Positions 10,160 through 22,727 of a stretch of 64,000 nt of DNA are shown here, piece by piece. The notes beneath the pieces were generated by a model. The model ran no database searches, was not told where the DNA came from, and worked only from the letters and a program-made list of their open reading frames with translations. The first letter of the stretch is position 1. The number at the start of each line of letters is the position of its first letter. This stretch comes from Octopus vulgaris. Its lineage: Eukaryota. A program made the position numbers and the translations under genes. The DNA lies in NCBI GenBank assembly GCA_951406725.2, contig OX597824.1, positions 84,630,001-84,694,000 of the forward strand, written 5' to 3'.

Positions 10160-10830
10160 TTGTTTGTTTTTATGTTATAATAAAAAAAAAACAATTTTAC
10201 ATTAAATTGAAGGATTACTCAATACATTAGGTAGAGTACAAATTTATTATTCCTTGACAAGAATAGTATTGACAGCGACTTCGAAGTTGCAGCCAGCTAA
10301 ACTGTCATCAGACTCTAAAACATATAAGGTCATCTTGATTTTATAAAGTTTCTGTTAATTAAAAATTTTCTCGGGTAACCTGAGTTCTGTTGAAAGATAA
10401 TTATACTGTATATTAGGTTGTGGTGGTAAGATGGTATGGAGAATTTTTATTGCATTTAGGGAAGTGCTAATGCTAAGAATTTAATCATGTTTGTATAGCT
10501 TTGTACTTAGGAGCGTATGTTTAGGTGTGTCATTTTCAGGTCAGAGAGTCTTACAAAAGAAGCTGTTGGTCAGAAGATTTGTGAAGTGGTTTGTTATTGT
10601 TGGTTTTATTCAGAAAATAATGGGATGATTACCTCATGCTTTGGGAATGTGAATATTAAATCCTAGAGTTCGGTCCAGCGTTTTTAACCTTAGTAGTTTA
10701 GGTGTGTTTCCTTGGTATGTTAGCTTTTAGAGCATTAGTAATTATGGGCTCACAAAAGATTCTAAGTAGGTTATGAGCTTGTCGGGACTTCTATTACGGT
10801 TCATCCCTTCTATGGTCTGTGTTTTGCGTC
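10160..10830 (-). mobile_element. Decayed Penelope-like element with a degenerate minimal hammerhead at ~10275-10314
   Basis: Minus strand reads AGTCTGATGACAGTTTAGCTGGCTGCAACTTCGAAGTCGC; flanks homologous to 42980-43380 and 56675-56880. Confidence 0.5.
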
Positions 10831-10921
10831 TCAAGTAGCCGTGTGCTTCCTTCTCAGTGATTTGGCCCAGTCTTTTTTCTTTTTTTCTTTTACCGAATGT
10901 TGAGTAGAATCATCCAATGTT

Positions 10922-11098
<177 letters not shown>

Positions 11099-11182
11099 CG
11101 CATCAGGTTTTATTTCGTGTCTGTCTTCTAGATCAATGGCTATCCTAACAATATTATTAGTTTCATTGAAGGTGACGAAATA

Positions 11183-11406
11183 CCTATTTCTTCACTACTC
11201 ACAAGGGGCTAAACACAGAAGGGACAGACAAACGGATTAAGTTGATTATATCGACCCCAGTGCGTAACTGGTACTTATTTAATCGATCCCGAAAGGATGA
11301 AAGGCAAAGTCGACCTCGGCGGAATTTGAACTCAGAACGTAGCGACAGACGAAATACTGCTGAGCATTTCGCCCGGCGTGCTAACGATTCTGCCAGCTCG
11401 CCGCCT
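11183..11406 (-). mobile_element. SINE family A, full-length monomer
   Basis: Reverse complement of the 8521 unit, from GGCGGCGAGCTGG to the GAAATAGG tail. Confidence 0.88.
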
Positions 11407-12674
11407 TAAGCGAGCATACATTACCAGAAAGGGCAATAAAAAAGGCATTCGGCTGTGATCACCCCATCTTTTATTTACTTATTTATTTATTTTCAGGTAT
11501 ACTATTCTCCGGACTACATTATTCAATGTGTCGGTTTCTTTTAAGATGTTGGGGTGAAGTTTGAGGGTGAATGGGCTACTCTTTCTTACAAGCCTAGTGA
11601 TCACATGATGGTTCCTCTGTTTTCTTTATATAGCGTGGTGCTATATTCAATAGAATCAGCTTCAGACTCTTCCTTTTTTTTTTTCTTTTTACTTATTTCA
11701 GCCATTGGACTGCGGCCATTCTGGGGTACCGCCCTGAAGAGTTTCGTCGAACAAGTCTATCCCGGTACCTGTTTTAAGTCTGGTACATAATCTCTGTCCT
11801 CTTTTGTCAAACCATTAAAGTATAAAAAAAAAACCTGGTTGTCAAGTAGTGACGAGGACAAACACACATATACAGTGGGTTACCATACAGTGTACGTCCA
11901 CCAAATTCTCTCAAAAACATTAGTCACTCCGAGGCTATAGTAGAAGACATTTTCCCAAGGTGCTGCAGAGTGGGACTGAATCCGAAACCACAGCAAATTT
12001 CTTAACCACACTGTCATGCCAGCACCCACATTATCTTACATTTAGTTATTTTATTAACCGAATGTGAGATAAAAATCAAAGTTATCTCCTGCTGGCTTCA
12101 GTTATTCCTTTGGTCCTCATAATTCTTGCTGAGCTGAACTTGGAATAAGGACGTTGCACATTTTGGACACTCCAAAAACATCTGTAGCCGACCGTGCGAA
12201 GGAGAGGTGACGAGAATGGCTCCTTTAGTACACCACACGGTCGATTACAATAAATACGAAAAATCTGAATGACTACAAGTGCCAGAAGGAAAAAAGAGAC
12301 AAAATTGCGCCAATACAAACCAATCAGAGTAGTGAACACAACAGGGTTCAAAAGGGCGGCCGAAGACTAGCTGTTATCTACTACGTCCGAATTCATGTAA
12401 ATATAACAGAGAGAGAGAGAGATGATTTCCCTTAAGTGTCCGCTACACATCTATAGTTCAAACTCGCTGCAGCCACTTCACTTACTTCCGAGAAGCCTTT
12501 TTTATGAGTGCCAGGCATCTCAAATCATCCCGGAAGACACTGAACAATTGAGGACTTCAATGACTGGGATCCTGTGCTGCCCTAGAATGTGCAGCAGTTT
12601 GTTTAGGAACTTGTTGAGATTTCTGTATGCCTGCATTACGTAGGTTCTTTTCAACTGCGTGGTAAATGCCAGTT

Positions 12675-13075
12675 ACTCTCTTTACTCTCTTTTACTTGTT
12701 TCAGTCATTTGACTGTGGTCATGCTGGAGCACCGCCTTTAGTCGAGCAAATCGACCCCAGGACTTTTTGTAAGCCTAGTACTTATTCTATCGGTCTCTTT
12801 TGTCGAACCGCTAAGTTACGGGGACGTAAACACACCAGCATCGGTTGTCAAGCGATGTTGGGGGGACACAGACACACAAAAAACACACACACACACGCAC
12901 ACATACATATATATATACATATATACGACGGGCTTCTTTCAGTTTCCGTCTACCAAATCCACTCACAAGGCTTTGGTCGGCCCGGGGCTATAGTAGAAGA
13001 CACTTGGCCAAGGTGCGACGCAGTGGGACTGAACCCAGAACCATGTAGTTCGTAAGCAAGCTACTTACCTACGCC
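12675..13075 (-). mobile_element. tRNA-derived SINE family B (internal (TA/TG)n, AGTAAAAG-type tail)
   Basis: Minus strand: GTAAGTAGCTTGCTT..GGTTCAGTCCC..CCTTGG.CAAGTGTCTTCTACTATAGCC..GACTGAAACAAGTAAAAGAG. Confidence 0.88.
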
Positions 13076-13256
13076 TAAAATGATGAACGACCTTAATCGA
13101 TTTTCGAAACTTATTGGGTTAACAACATTTAAAAACCCAGTTTCAAGCAACGCATCTTATCTTTTCCCACGGTACTTAACGTTTTATCATATTTTATGAA
13201 TTTTCGAGCAATTTAGATATCATCATTTAAAAATTGAAAGCGTGACATTTTACAGA

Positions 13257-13517
13257 CAGGGGCGTACTAACTGTAAAGAATTCACGTTTTACTGGCGTAC
13301 TGAGAAGTTGGCGGAACATGGTCCCTGTCCACTTCGCTTAGAGGCTAACACTGGTGATGTAGTTAAATGAGCGTAACCGCTTCCCCCGAGTATATTTTTC
13401 AAAATTGGGACCTTTTATAAAATGTATAAATCAACCACTTAAACATTATTTGGTATGTGTCATGGCATCTTTTTATATGCTCGCAACCCCTAACTTTAGA
13501 TCCTGGCTACGCCCATG
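13257..13517. mobile_element. Possible non-autonomous DNA element with short TIRs
   Basis: CAGGGGCGTAC...CTACGCCCATG imperfect terminal inverted repeats. Confidence 0.35.
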
Positions 13518-13748
13518 GTTGAAACCCTGAATCAACCAAAACGTTTCTTGGGGAATTTACTGATGGTGTACACTAGCTTTGGCATTTCTGCTCTTCACTT
13601 TAACAAATGCCATTGGGAATGACATAAGCATCAATATTTTACTTCCTCAGTCTTTGAAATGTCAAACTTTCAGTTTTATTTTCCAGAAGAAATAATAATA
13701 TTGAAACTGCTCTAAAATTCGTAAAATAAGATAAAACTTATTCATCGT

Positions 13749-13809
<61 letters not shown>

Positions 13810-13947
13810 AAGATGTGACGTTTCAAATTGGGTTTTTCGAATGTTATTTTATCACGCAGACCATCATTGGCTTCATCAGCTATTAATTTATTTAAGGTTT
13901 AGAAAGCACTTAAAAACTACTCCATTGATGTGCGTGCGCGCCCGCGT

Positions 13948-14345
13948 GTATGTATATGTGTATACATACGTATGTATGTAAGTATGTATGTATGTATGTA
14001 AGTATGTATGTATGTATGTATGTATGTACGTATGTATGTATGTATGTATGTATGTATGTATGCATGCATGCATGCATGTATGTATGTATGTATGTATGTA
14101 TGTATGTATGCATGCATGCATGCATGCATGTATGTATGTATGTATGTATGTATGTATGGATGGATGGATGGATGGATGCATGTATGTATTTTTGTATGTA
14201 TGTTTGTATGTATGTATGCATGCATGTATGTATGCATGTATGTATGTATGTATGCATGTATGTATGTATGTATGTATGCATGTATGTATGCATGTATGTA
14301 TGTATGTATGCATGTATGTATGTATGCATGTATGTATGTATATAT
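13948..14345. repeat. (TATG)n/(CATG)n/(GATG)n microsatellite
   Basis: Read directly from sequence. Confidence 0.97.
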
Positions 14346-14399
14346 GTCAAATGTTCAAAACAAATAAAAGAACATATATGTATGTATATATATTCTTTT

Positions 14400-14591
14400 A
14401 ATCTTTTACTTGTTTCAGTTATTTGACTGTGGCCATGCTGGAGCACCGCCTTTAGTCGAACAAATCGACCCCAGGACTTACGTCGTAAGCCTAGTACTTA
14501 TTCTATCGGTTACTTTCGCTAAACCGCTAAGTTACGGGGACGTAACCACGCCAGCATCAAGCGATGTTGGGGGGACAAACTCAGACACATA

Positions 14592-14671
<80 letters not shown>

Positions 14672-14847
14672 CATATATATATACGAGGACTTCTTTCAGT
14701 TTCCGTTCACCAAATCTACTCACAAAGCTTTGGTCGGCCCAAGGCTATAGTAGAAGACACTTGCACAAGGTGCCATGCAGTGGGACTGAACCCGGAACCA
14801 TGTGGTTGGTAAGCAAGCTACTTACCACACAGCCACTCCTGCGCCTA
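14400..14847 (-). mobile_element. SINE family B, full length
   Basis: Head GGCGCAGGAGTGGCTGTGTGGTAAG at ~14847 (minus); body as at 12675. Confidence 0.88.
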
Positions 14848-15417
14848 TCTCTGTGTTTAGCCCCTTGTGGGTAGTAAAGAAACATGTGTGTGTGTGTTTG
14901 TGTGCGCGTATATATATAATATATATAAATCGCTTAGGCATTGTGAGATTAATAACCTAATGTAGAAGTCAATATACGTATGGTTCAGAATGAAGTGTTA
15001 GTCAAGTACAGAACGGTAATAAGAAAATGAGATGAAAAATGAATATACACGATTAAGGTAATCATTTATTCCTTTGTCATTTAATTTCATTTTTCTCATT
15101 TTCTTTATATATAATATGGGGGAGGGTGAGAGCGAAATACTTTCAGCTTTGATAGCACAGATTAACGCTCAAATGAATGTGAACTTAGACTCCAGTTCTT
15201 TCATGAAGAGCGTTGGTCGTCGAAAGTCGTTGTAAGACCGATCTTTATCGAGTGGAGGACATACCAAGGGAGATAAATACAGCTAGGCTTGAGTCAAGTT
15301 ATGACCACCTTGAAGCAACTGTCGAAGTAAAAACATTCTTTTCTTTATTTTATAACATGTATTTTGTGCTCCACGTAAATATGTCTCCAGTCTGTGTCTA
15401 TCTACCTTACAATCCGC

Positions 15418-15448
<31 letters not shown>

Positions 15449-15784
15449 TCCCTTTCTCTCTCGCCATTCACATATACATGTGTGCTTGTATGCATGTATG
15501 TATGTATGTATGTATGTATGTATGTATGTATGTATGTATGTATGTATGTATGTATGTATGTATGTCCATTTGTGCTTGTGTATGTATGTATGTATGTATG
15601 TATGTGAAAATGCAAGTATGTGTCTGTGCTTATGGTCGCAACAACCATTTGACAACGGTGTTGGTTTATTTACGTCCTCGAACCCTAACGCTTCGGCTAC
15701 GGAATCTAATACAATAAGTACCAAACTAAAAAGTCCTGGTGGGTGATTTTTTTCGACTAAACTTTGTCAAGTAAAAGATCATCG

Positions 15785-16145
15785 TAGCTTGCTTACCAAC
15801 CACATGGTTCTGGGTTTAGTCCCACTGCATGGCACCTTGGGCAAGTGTCTTCTACTATAGCCTCGGGCCGACCAAAGCCTTGTGAGTGGATTTGGTAGAT
15901 GGAAACTGAAAGAAGCCCGTCGTATATATGTATATGTGTGTATATGTTGTGTATCTGTGTTTGTCCCCCCAACATCGCTTGACAACCGATGCCGGTGTGT
16001 TTACGTCCCCGTAACTTAACGGTTCGGCAAAAGAGACTGATAGAATAAGTACTTGGCTTACAAAGAATATGTCCTGGGGGCGATTTGTTCGGCTAAAGGC
16101 GGTGCTACAGCATGGTCGCAGTGAAATGACTGAAACAAATAAAAA
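15785..16145 (+). mobile_element. SINE family B, slightly 5'-truncated
   Basis: Homology to other family B copies. Confidence 0.87.
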
Positions 16146-16479
16146 AAAGAAAAGAAAGAAAGAAAGAATATATTAGTCTTCACGTTAATATATTTGTCTT
16201 GCAAGATTCCTGATGTGAAATCGTGAGATGAAACAGATTTTGTTATATTTTGGGTTCGCCATTTTTTATTTTTTGCCAAATAAACACATGCAAGATAAAA
16301 AAAAAATGACCATCCCGAAATATAACAATATTAGTTTTCGTCATGGCTAAAACGACCTTCCACGATACTGTCAAAGTCCTAAACCGTAATAAAAGCGATG
16401 AAATATTTGAAAGAGTTATTTCCCTTGAAACATCTACAAATAGAGTTATCTCCCTTGCAATAAAATTCTTTCGCAAATA

Positions 16480-16630
16480 TTAGGTTGTCCCAAAAGTTCG
16501 TAAACACTTGCGAAAATTGAATTTTTACTCGCCAAGTACTAACAAAAACAACAAATTATTCCTCAAATTACTCCTCAAAATAAAGACCATTATTTTCCAA
16601 GACTTTCTACGAACTTTTGGGACAACCTTA
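16480..16630 (-). mobile_element. Mariner-derived MITE, flanked by TA
   Basis: TIRs TTAGGTTGTCCCAAAAGTTCGTA / TACGAACTTTTGGGACAACCTTA; TA at 16478 and 16631; second copy at 49090-49230. Confidence 0.9.
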
Positions 16631-17019
16631 TAGCTTAGAATAATCCATAAGACCTTAGAAATAAATATCCTTAAAGAACTGATCTGCATTTTGGTAATTA
16701 AGGGCTGTAAAACGAAAATTAATCCTTGATTAATGTTTTTTTTTATTAATCCTTAAATCGGTCTTGTTCGCGTAAAGCTTGGATCAAAGTCATTCTAGTT
16801 ACGTCTATTCGAACTGGTTCTTTTTCTTTTCCCCCGACATGTGTGGCTGTCTGGTTAAGAAGTCCGCTTTCAACCACGTGGCTTTGAGTTCAATCCCATT
16901 GTGCGGCACTTTGGGCAAGTATCTTCTATTATGGACCCAGACCGGCCGATGTTGCCGTGGGAGTGAATTTGGTAGAAGGAAACTGAAAGAAGCCAGGAGG
17001 ATATTGTAATAGTGAGGGT

Positions 17020-17234
17020 TGTGGTGGTGATGGTGCTGCTGGTGGTGGCAGCGGTAGCAGCAACAGTAGTAGTAGTGGTGGTGGTGGTGGTAGTGTTGAT
17101 GATAGTAGTAGCAGTAATAAAAAACCAGGCTCAAGCTAACTAGTAGTGGTGGTGGTGGTGGTGGTTGTAACAGTAGCCATGGTAGTGGTGGTGATAATAG
17201 TGGTATTATTATTATTATCATCATCATCATCATC

Positions 17235-17281
<47 letters not shown>

Positions 17282-17306
17282 CAGCAGCAGCAGCAGTAGT
17301 AGTAGT
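17020..17306. repeat. Compound trinucleotide repeats (GGT/AGT/ATT/ATC/GCA)
   Basis: Read directly from sequence. Confidence 0.93.
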
Positions 17307-17763
17307 AATTGAAGTAGAACAAAGGTCCATGAAACGAGGCTCAAGCTGACCTCGGCATAAGGAAGTGTAACATGAAACTGATTTCAGTTTAAATCTCACA
17401 GAGTTCAACTTTGTCTTTCCTCCTTTTCATCTTCTTTACTAAACCCCTTTACTAAACTCCCTACACGAAGCAAAGTCCATCACCTGCTTTCCCCTATTAT
17501 TCTCCACACTGAGCTGTCTTTCTTTTCTGCTACTCTCCAGTTAGATCCCTGCTTTTTCTTTTCTCTTTCATATATCTTGATGTTCCATGATGTCTTCCCG
17601 AAAAGGAAAATCTTCCTCCCCCAAATTGCTGTTGGCTTTGAATTGTCATTGATACTTTCTGTAACTTTGCTTTTATTTCAGGATGGCCCCATGCAAACCT
17701 ATTTTTACCTCCAGGAAGAGGTGGTCCATATTAGCCTGGAGTCTGTCCTTTGACTTGTTCAGT

Positions 17764-18052
17764 ATGGCCTAGTGGTTAGAGCAGTGGACTCGCGGTTGAG
17801 GGATGGTGGGTTCGAATCTCAGACCGGGCGATGTGTGTGTTTATGAGCGAAACACCTAAGGTCCATGTGGCTCTGGCAGAAGGTAATGGCGAATCTCTGC
17901 TGACTCTTTCGCCACAACTTTCTCTCACTTTTTCCTCCTGCATCTTGCAGCTCACCTGCAACAGACCAGCAACCCATCCAGGTGGGGAACCTATATGCCA
18001 AGGAAACCAGGAAACTGGCCCTTATGAGCCAGGCATGGCTCAAGAAGAAGGA
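17764..18052 (+). mobile_element. SINE family D variant
   Basis: TGGCCTAGTGGTTAGAGCAG..GGTTCGAATCTC head, homologous to 9133. Confidence 0.78.
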
Positions 18053-18361
18053 ACAAGTATGGGAGGTCCTACTTGGAAGACTGAACTTTGTAGTGGTTTA
18101 CCCTTTTAGAGGTTGATAAATAATGTACCAGTCCAGGGTAGTGGACTGGTAATAGTTTTTAAGACATCAGATGGGGTACCTTGTGGTAATTGTTCTGGTT
18201 TGGTATGGTTTGAGTTCAAATTCCGCCAAGGTCGACTTTGCCTTTCATCCTTTTGGGGTCGATAAATTAAGAACCAGTCAAGTACTGGGGTTGATGTAAT
18301 CAAATATACCCCCTCCCCTCAAATTCCAATCCTTGTGCCTATAGTTGAAAGGATTATTATC

Positions 18362-18748
18362 AGTGGCTGTGTTGTAAGTAGCTTGCTTACCAACATGGTT
18401 ACAGGTTCATTACCACTGCGTGGCACCTTGGGCAAGTGTCTTCTACTATAGCCTCAGGCTGGCCAAAGCCTTGTGAGTGGATTTGGTAGACGGAAACTGA
18501 AAGAAGCCCATTGTACATATGTATATATATATATGTGTGTGTATATGTTGTGTATCTGTGTTTGTCCCCCAACATCACTTGACAACTGATGCTGCTGTGT
18601 TTACGTCCCTGTAACTTAGCGGTTCAACAAAAGACACTAATATAATAAGTACTAGGCTTACAAAGAATAAGTCCTGGGGTCAATTTGCTCGACTAAAAGT
18701 GGTGCTTCAGCATGGCCACAGTCAAATGACTGAAACAAGTAAAAGAGT
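18362..18748 (+). mobile_element. SINE family B, between two family A fragments (~18210-18360 and 18757-18950)
   Basis: Homology to other copies. Confidence 0.85.
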
Positions 18749-19229
18749 ATTATTAAGGCAGCGAGCTGGCAGAATCGTTAGCACACCAAGCAAAATGCTT
18801 TGCAGCATTTCGTTGGCTTTGACGTTCTGAGTTCAAATTCCACTGAAGTCAACTTTGCCTTTCATCCTTTAGGAGTCGATAAATTAAGTACTAGTCGAGT
18901 ACTGGGGTCGATGTAATTGACTACTCATCCCATTTCGGGCCTTGCGCTTATAGTATTATTGTTAGTATTATTATAATGCCCTGATGCAGTACCAGACAGT
19001 GGCTCTCGTGGCATCTGATCTTAACTGATTGGAAGTGTTATCGTGTACATGTTTTGTCTTGGTATAAAAGATGGGCTACAGCAAATATTCTGCTCAATAC
19101 CACAGATTTGCTTGCCAGTTGTTTGACCTTAACCAGCTGACCATGTCCCTTAGTGGCTGACAATATGTGCATCTCAAAAAAATTTCAGGCATTGTGCTTA
19201 TAGTATTACTATTAGTATTATTATTATTA

Positions 19230-19270
<41 letters not shown>

Positions 19271-20376
19271 TTGATACCTGCAGAGAGATTTGAAATCAAG
19301 GTCTATGAATTGACAGTTTTCAATACTATTTGATCCTGTGTTCTCTCCCTCACCTCTCTCTCTCTCCCTCTCTCCCTCCCCTTTCTCTCTTATCTGCAAC
19401 ATGTACTCTTAGAGGAAATTGCTGAATGTCAGTGACAGCTGTGACATTTGAAGTGTCACAGAGCTGGAGCTGTCTGTTTAACAGTGGGGGAACACGTGAG
19501 TTATTGAGAGGCATCAGAATTGTGGGGGCGGTTGATGGAGTGGACAGGAAGAAGGGTGGAAAAAAAGAGGGTAGGGGGGTGTCATGATTAGGGTTGATTT
19601 GCAAAAGTTGAGGGAGTAGGGTGAGGAGTAGGAGCAGGTAGAGGAAGGGGGCAGGAGGGAAAGAGAAAGAAAGAGAGAGAGAACTGTAGTTGAGGGAAAT
19701 AGGTCTCAATCATAAAGAACAAGATGATGATTGGTAGGAGGTTGGTATCTATCTATTTATCCATCTATCTACCTACCTATCTATCTATCTATTTATCTAC
19801 CTACCTATCTATTTATCTATCTATCTACCTACCTATCTATCAATTTACTACCTACCTATCTATTTATCTATCTATCTATCTACCTACCTGTGTGTGTGTG
19901 TGTATAATATATATGCAAGTGTTTTGTGAATGTGTATAGAAAGTGAGAGAGGGTACAGGGAGAGAGAGGGGAGACAGAGAAAGAAACAGAAACAGAGTGA
20001 GGGAGAGAGATAGTCATTGTAGAAACAGGTTAAAATAGGAATAAATTAGTGGAGTAAATCATAGAAGAGTTGATTGTATAGAAGAGAAATAATGATGGAA
20101 TTATTCAAAGGGGAGAGAGAAAGGAGGGGAGATATGGAGGGACAAAGAGAAAGAGAAGGAGAGAGAGAGAGAGGTATCTACAGGTGTTATGCTACACTGA
20201 TCTAGTTAATCTACTTCATTGTACAAGATGCTTGTAAAGTGGAATGAATTATTTTGCCCATAAACAAGCAAATTACAACCATCTGGGTATCACACTTAAT
20301 GCAACCATCTTACAAAAAAAGGCAAAATTAACTGCAATATTTACCCAGAGATAATAATAAATCTTGTGGACATGCA

Positions 20377-20830
20377 AGGTGGTAGAATCGTTAGCATGCC
20401 AGCCAAAATACTTAACGGTATTTCGTCTGCCGTTATGCTCTGAGTTCAAATTCCGCCGAGGTAGACTTTGCCTTTCATCCTTTCGGGGTCGATAAATTAA
20501 GTACCAGTTATGCACTAGGGTCGATGTAATCGACTTAATCCGTTTATCTATCCTTGTTTGTCCCCTCTGTGTTTAGCCCCTTGTGGGTAGTGAAGAAATA
20601 AATAATAAATCTTATGGACATGCAAGGTGGCAGAATCGTTAGCATGCCAGCCAAAATGCTTAACGGCATTTCATCCGTCTTTATGTTCTGAGTTCGAATT
20701 ACACTGAGGTCAACTTTGCCTTTCATCCTTTTGGGATCAATAAAATAAGTACCAGCTATGCACTGGGGGCCGATGTAATCGACTTCCCCACACCCTGAAG
20801 TTGCTAGCCTTGCTCCAAACTTTGAAACCA
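20377..20830 (+). mobile_element. Two tandem SINE family A units sharing a duplicated 5' flank and head
   Basis: AATAATAAATCTT.TGGACATGCAAGGTGG.AGAATCGTTAGCATGCCAGCCAAAAT occurs at ~20353 and ~20601. Confidence 0.8.
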
Positions 20831-20939
20831 AAATCTCTCACAGATCCATCCATCCATCCTTTCTTCCATCTCTGCCCACTATTCCTAGAACGGCTGTGGG
20901 AGTAGAGTCCTCAGACACTCCTCTTTAGGGTCCAATCAG

Positions 20940-21280
20940 AAGCAGTCATCATGGACATGGTTACAAAGTCAGAAAACAGCACAGCTCCCATGACTTTCGG
21001 AAACATTTTTTCATGCTAAGAGTTGCTGAAGCATGGAACAAACTGCCGGCATCAGTTGTTAGTTGTCAGAGCACTGCATCCTTCAAAACTTCCATGCTTC
21101 CTGAGATTCGCCAACACTACACCTGATTTTCTCCCTTCCATACACACACAAGCATGTATCTGACTCATACATTGTTCGCTTTCCAGACATTTGTACATTA
21201 CTGCATATGCTTTATACACACTTTTGGACAAGTTGTGGTGCACCTGAGCACTGTATGCAATAATTTCATTTTTATTATCA
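20940..21280 (+). mobile_element. 3' end of a CR1/L2-group LINE (ORF2 C-terminus + 3' UTR)
   Basis: Translates to DFRKHFFMLRVAEAWNKLPASVVSC..SFKTS, the typical CR1-group R..FF..RV...WN.LP motif. Confidence 0.7.
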
Positions 21281-21641
21281 TTAGACTTTCCCTCTGGATT
21301 CTGGAGTGCATCCAACTGAGCCCATGGATATCATCCATTGTTCTTGGTTTTACCCCTTGGTCTCCTGCCAGCTGGCTCAGTTTCAAAATTCTGTCTTACA
21401 ATTCTTTCTTGCACCATTCTAATAAAATGTCCTTTTTGTAGGGCACTGTCCAAGGACTGTAGACAAACTATAGGCAGGAACTTCACTGCGGGTTCCCTAG
21501 TAGTAAGCTAGTTGGCAGAAAAAGGGACATCCAGTTAGGTGGGAAAGGTGACTGAGATGCTGGATGGTTGATTGTATTCGCCCGCACAGTGTGTAGATGA
21601 TACAGGTTGATTTTGTGTATAGCTTAACAAAGCTACTATAA

Positions 21642-22031
21642 CCTATTTCTTTACTACCCACAAGGGGCTAAACATAGAGGGGACAAACAAAGACAGACAA
21701 ACGGATTAAGTCGATTACATCGACCCCAGTGCGTAACTGGTCCTTAATTTATCGACCCCGAAAGGATGAAAGGCAAAGTCGACCTTGGCGGAATTTGAAC
21801 TCAGAACGTAGCGGCAGACGAAATACCTATTTCTTTACTACCCACAAGGGGCTAAACATAAAGGGGACAAACAAAGACAGACAAACGGATTAAGTCGATT
21901 ACATCGACCCCAGTGCGTAACTGGTCCTTAATTTATCGACCCCAAAAGGATGACAGGCAAAGTCGACCTCAGAACGTAGCAGTAGACGAAGCATTTCGCC
22001 CAGCGTGCTACCATTTCTGCCAGTTCACTGC
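21642..22031 (-). mobile_element. SINE family A dimer with target-site duplication CAAAGCTACTATA
   Basis: Same internal duplication junction as 8521-8935; direct repeat at ~21628 and ~22034. Confidence 0.87.
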
Positions 22032-22351
22032 GACAAAGCTACTATACCTTAATACCAGAGCTGTGGTCTTTTAACCTTTCAATCTTTATCAGTCCTAGAG
22101 CTCATGACAGACTAAGGTCAGTCGTGCTAATGACAATGAATTTTAACCCTTTAGCATTCAGATGACTCACGCTGTTTCGAACTAATCATGCATTATCTGG
22201 TAGCTTTGAGATTTAGATGATGTCATTGTTTATTTTCACAATGACATTGTAAATTGCGTGTCAGAGGCTAATTCTGGCCAATTTGAACATAAAACAGGTA
22301 GACTAAGTTCAGCCTAGTATAAATGCTAAAAGTTTTAAAATGTTTAGCAAA

Positions 22352-22727
22352 TGTGTGGTAAGTAGCTTGCTTACCAACCACATGGTTCCGGGTTCATTCC
22401 CACTGTGTGGCACCTTGGGCAAGTGTCTTCTACTATAGCCTCGGGCCGACCAAAGCCTTGTGAGTGAATTTGGTAGATGGAAATGGAAAGAAGCCTGTCG
22501 TATATATGTGTGTGTATGTATATGTTTGTGTGTCTGTGTTTGTCCCCCCAACATTGCTTGACAACCGATGGTGATGTGTTTACGTCCCTGTAACTTAGCA
22601 GTTCGGCAAAAGAGACTGACAGAATAAGTACTAGGCTTACAAAGAATAAGTCTTGGGATCGATTTGCTCGACTAAAGGTGGTGCTCCAGCATGGCCACAG
22701 TCAAATGACTGAAACAATTAAAAGAGA
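22352..22727 (+). mobile_element. SINE family B
   Basis: Homology to other copies. Confidence 0.87.
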
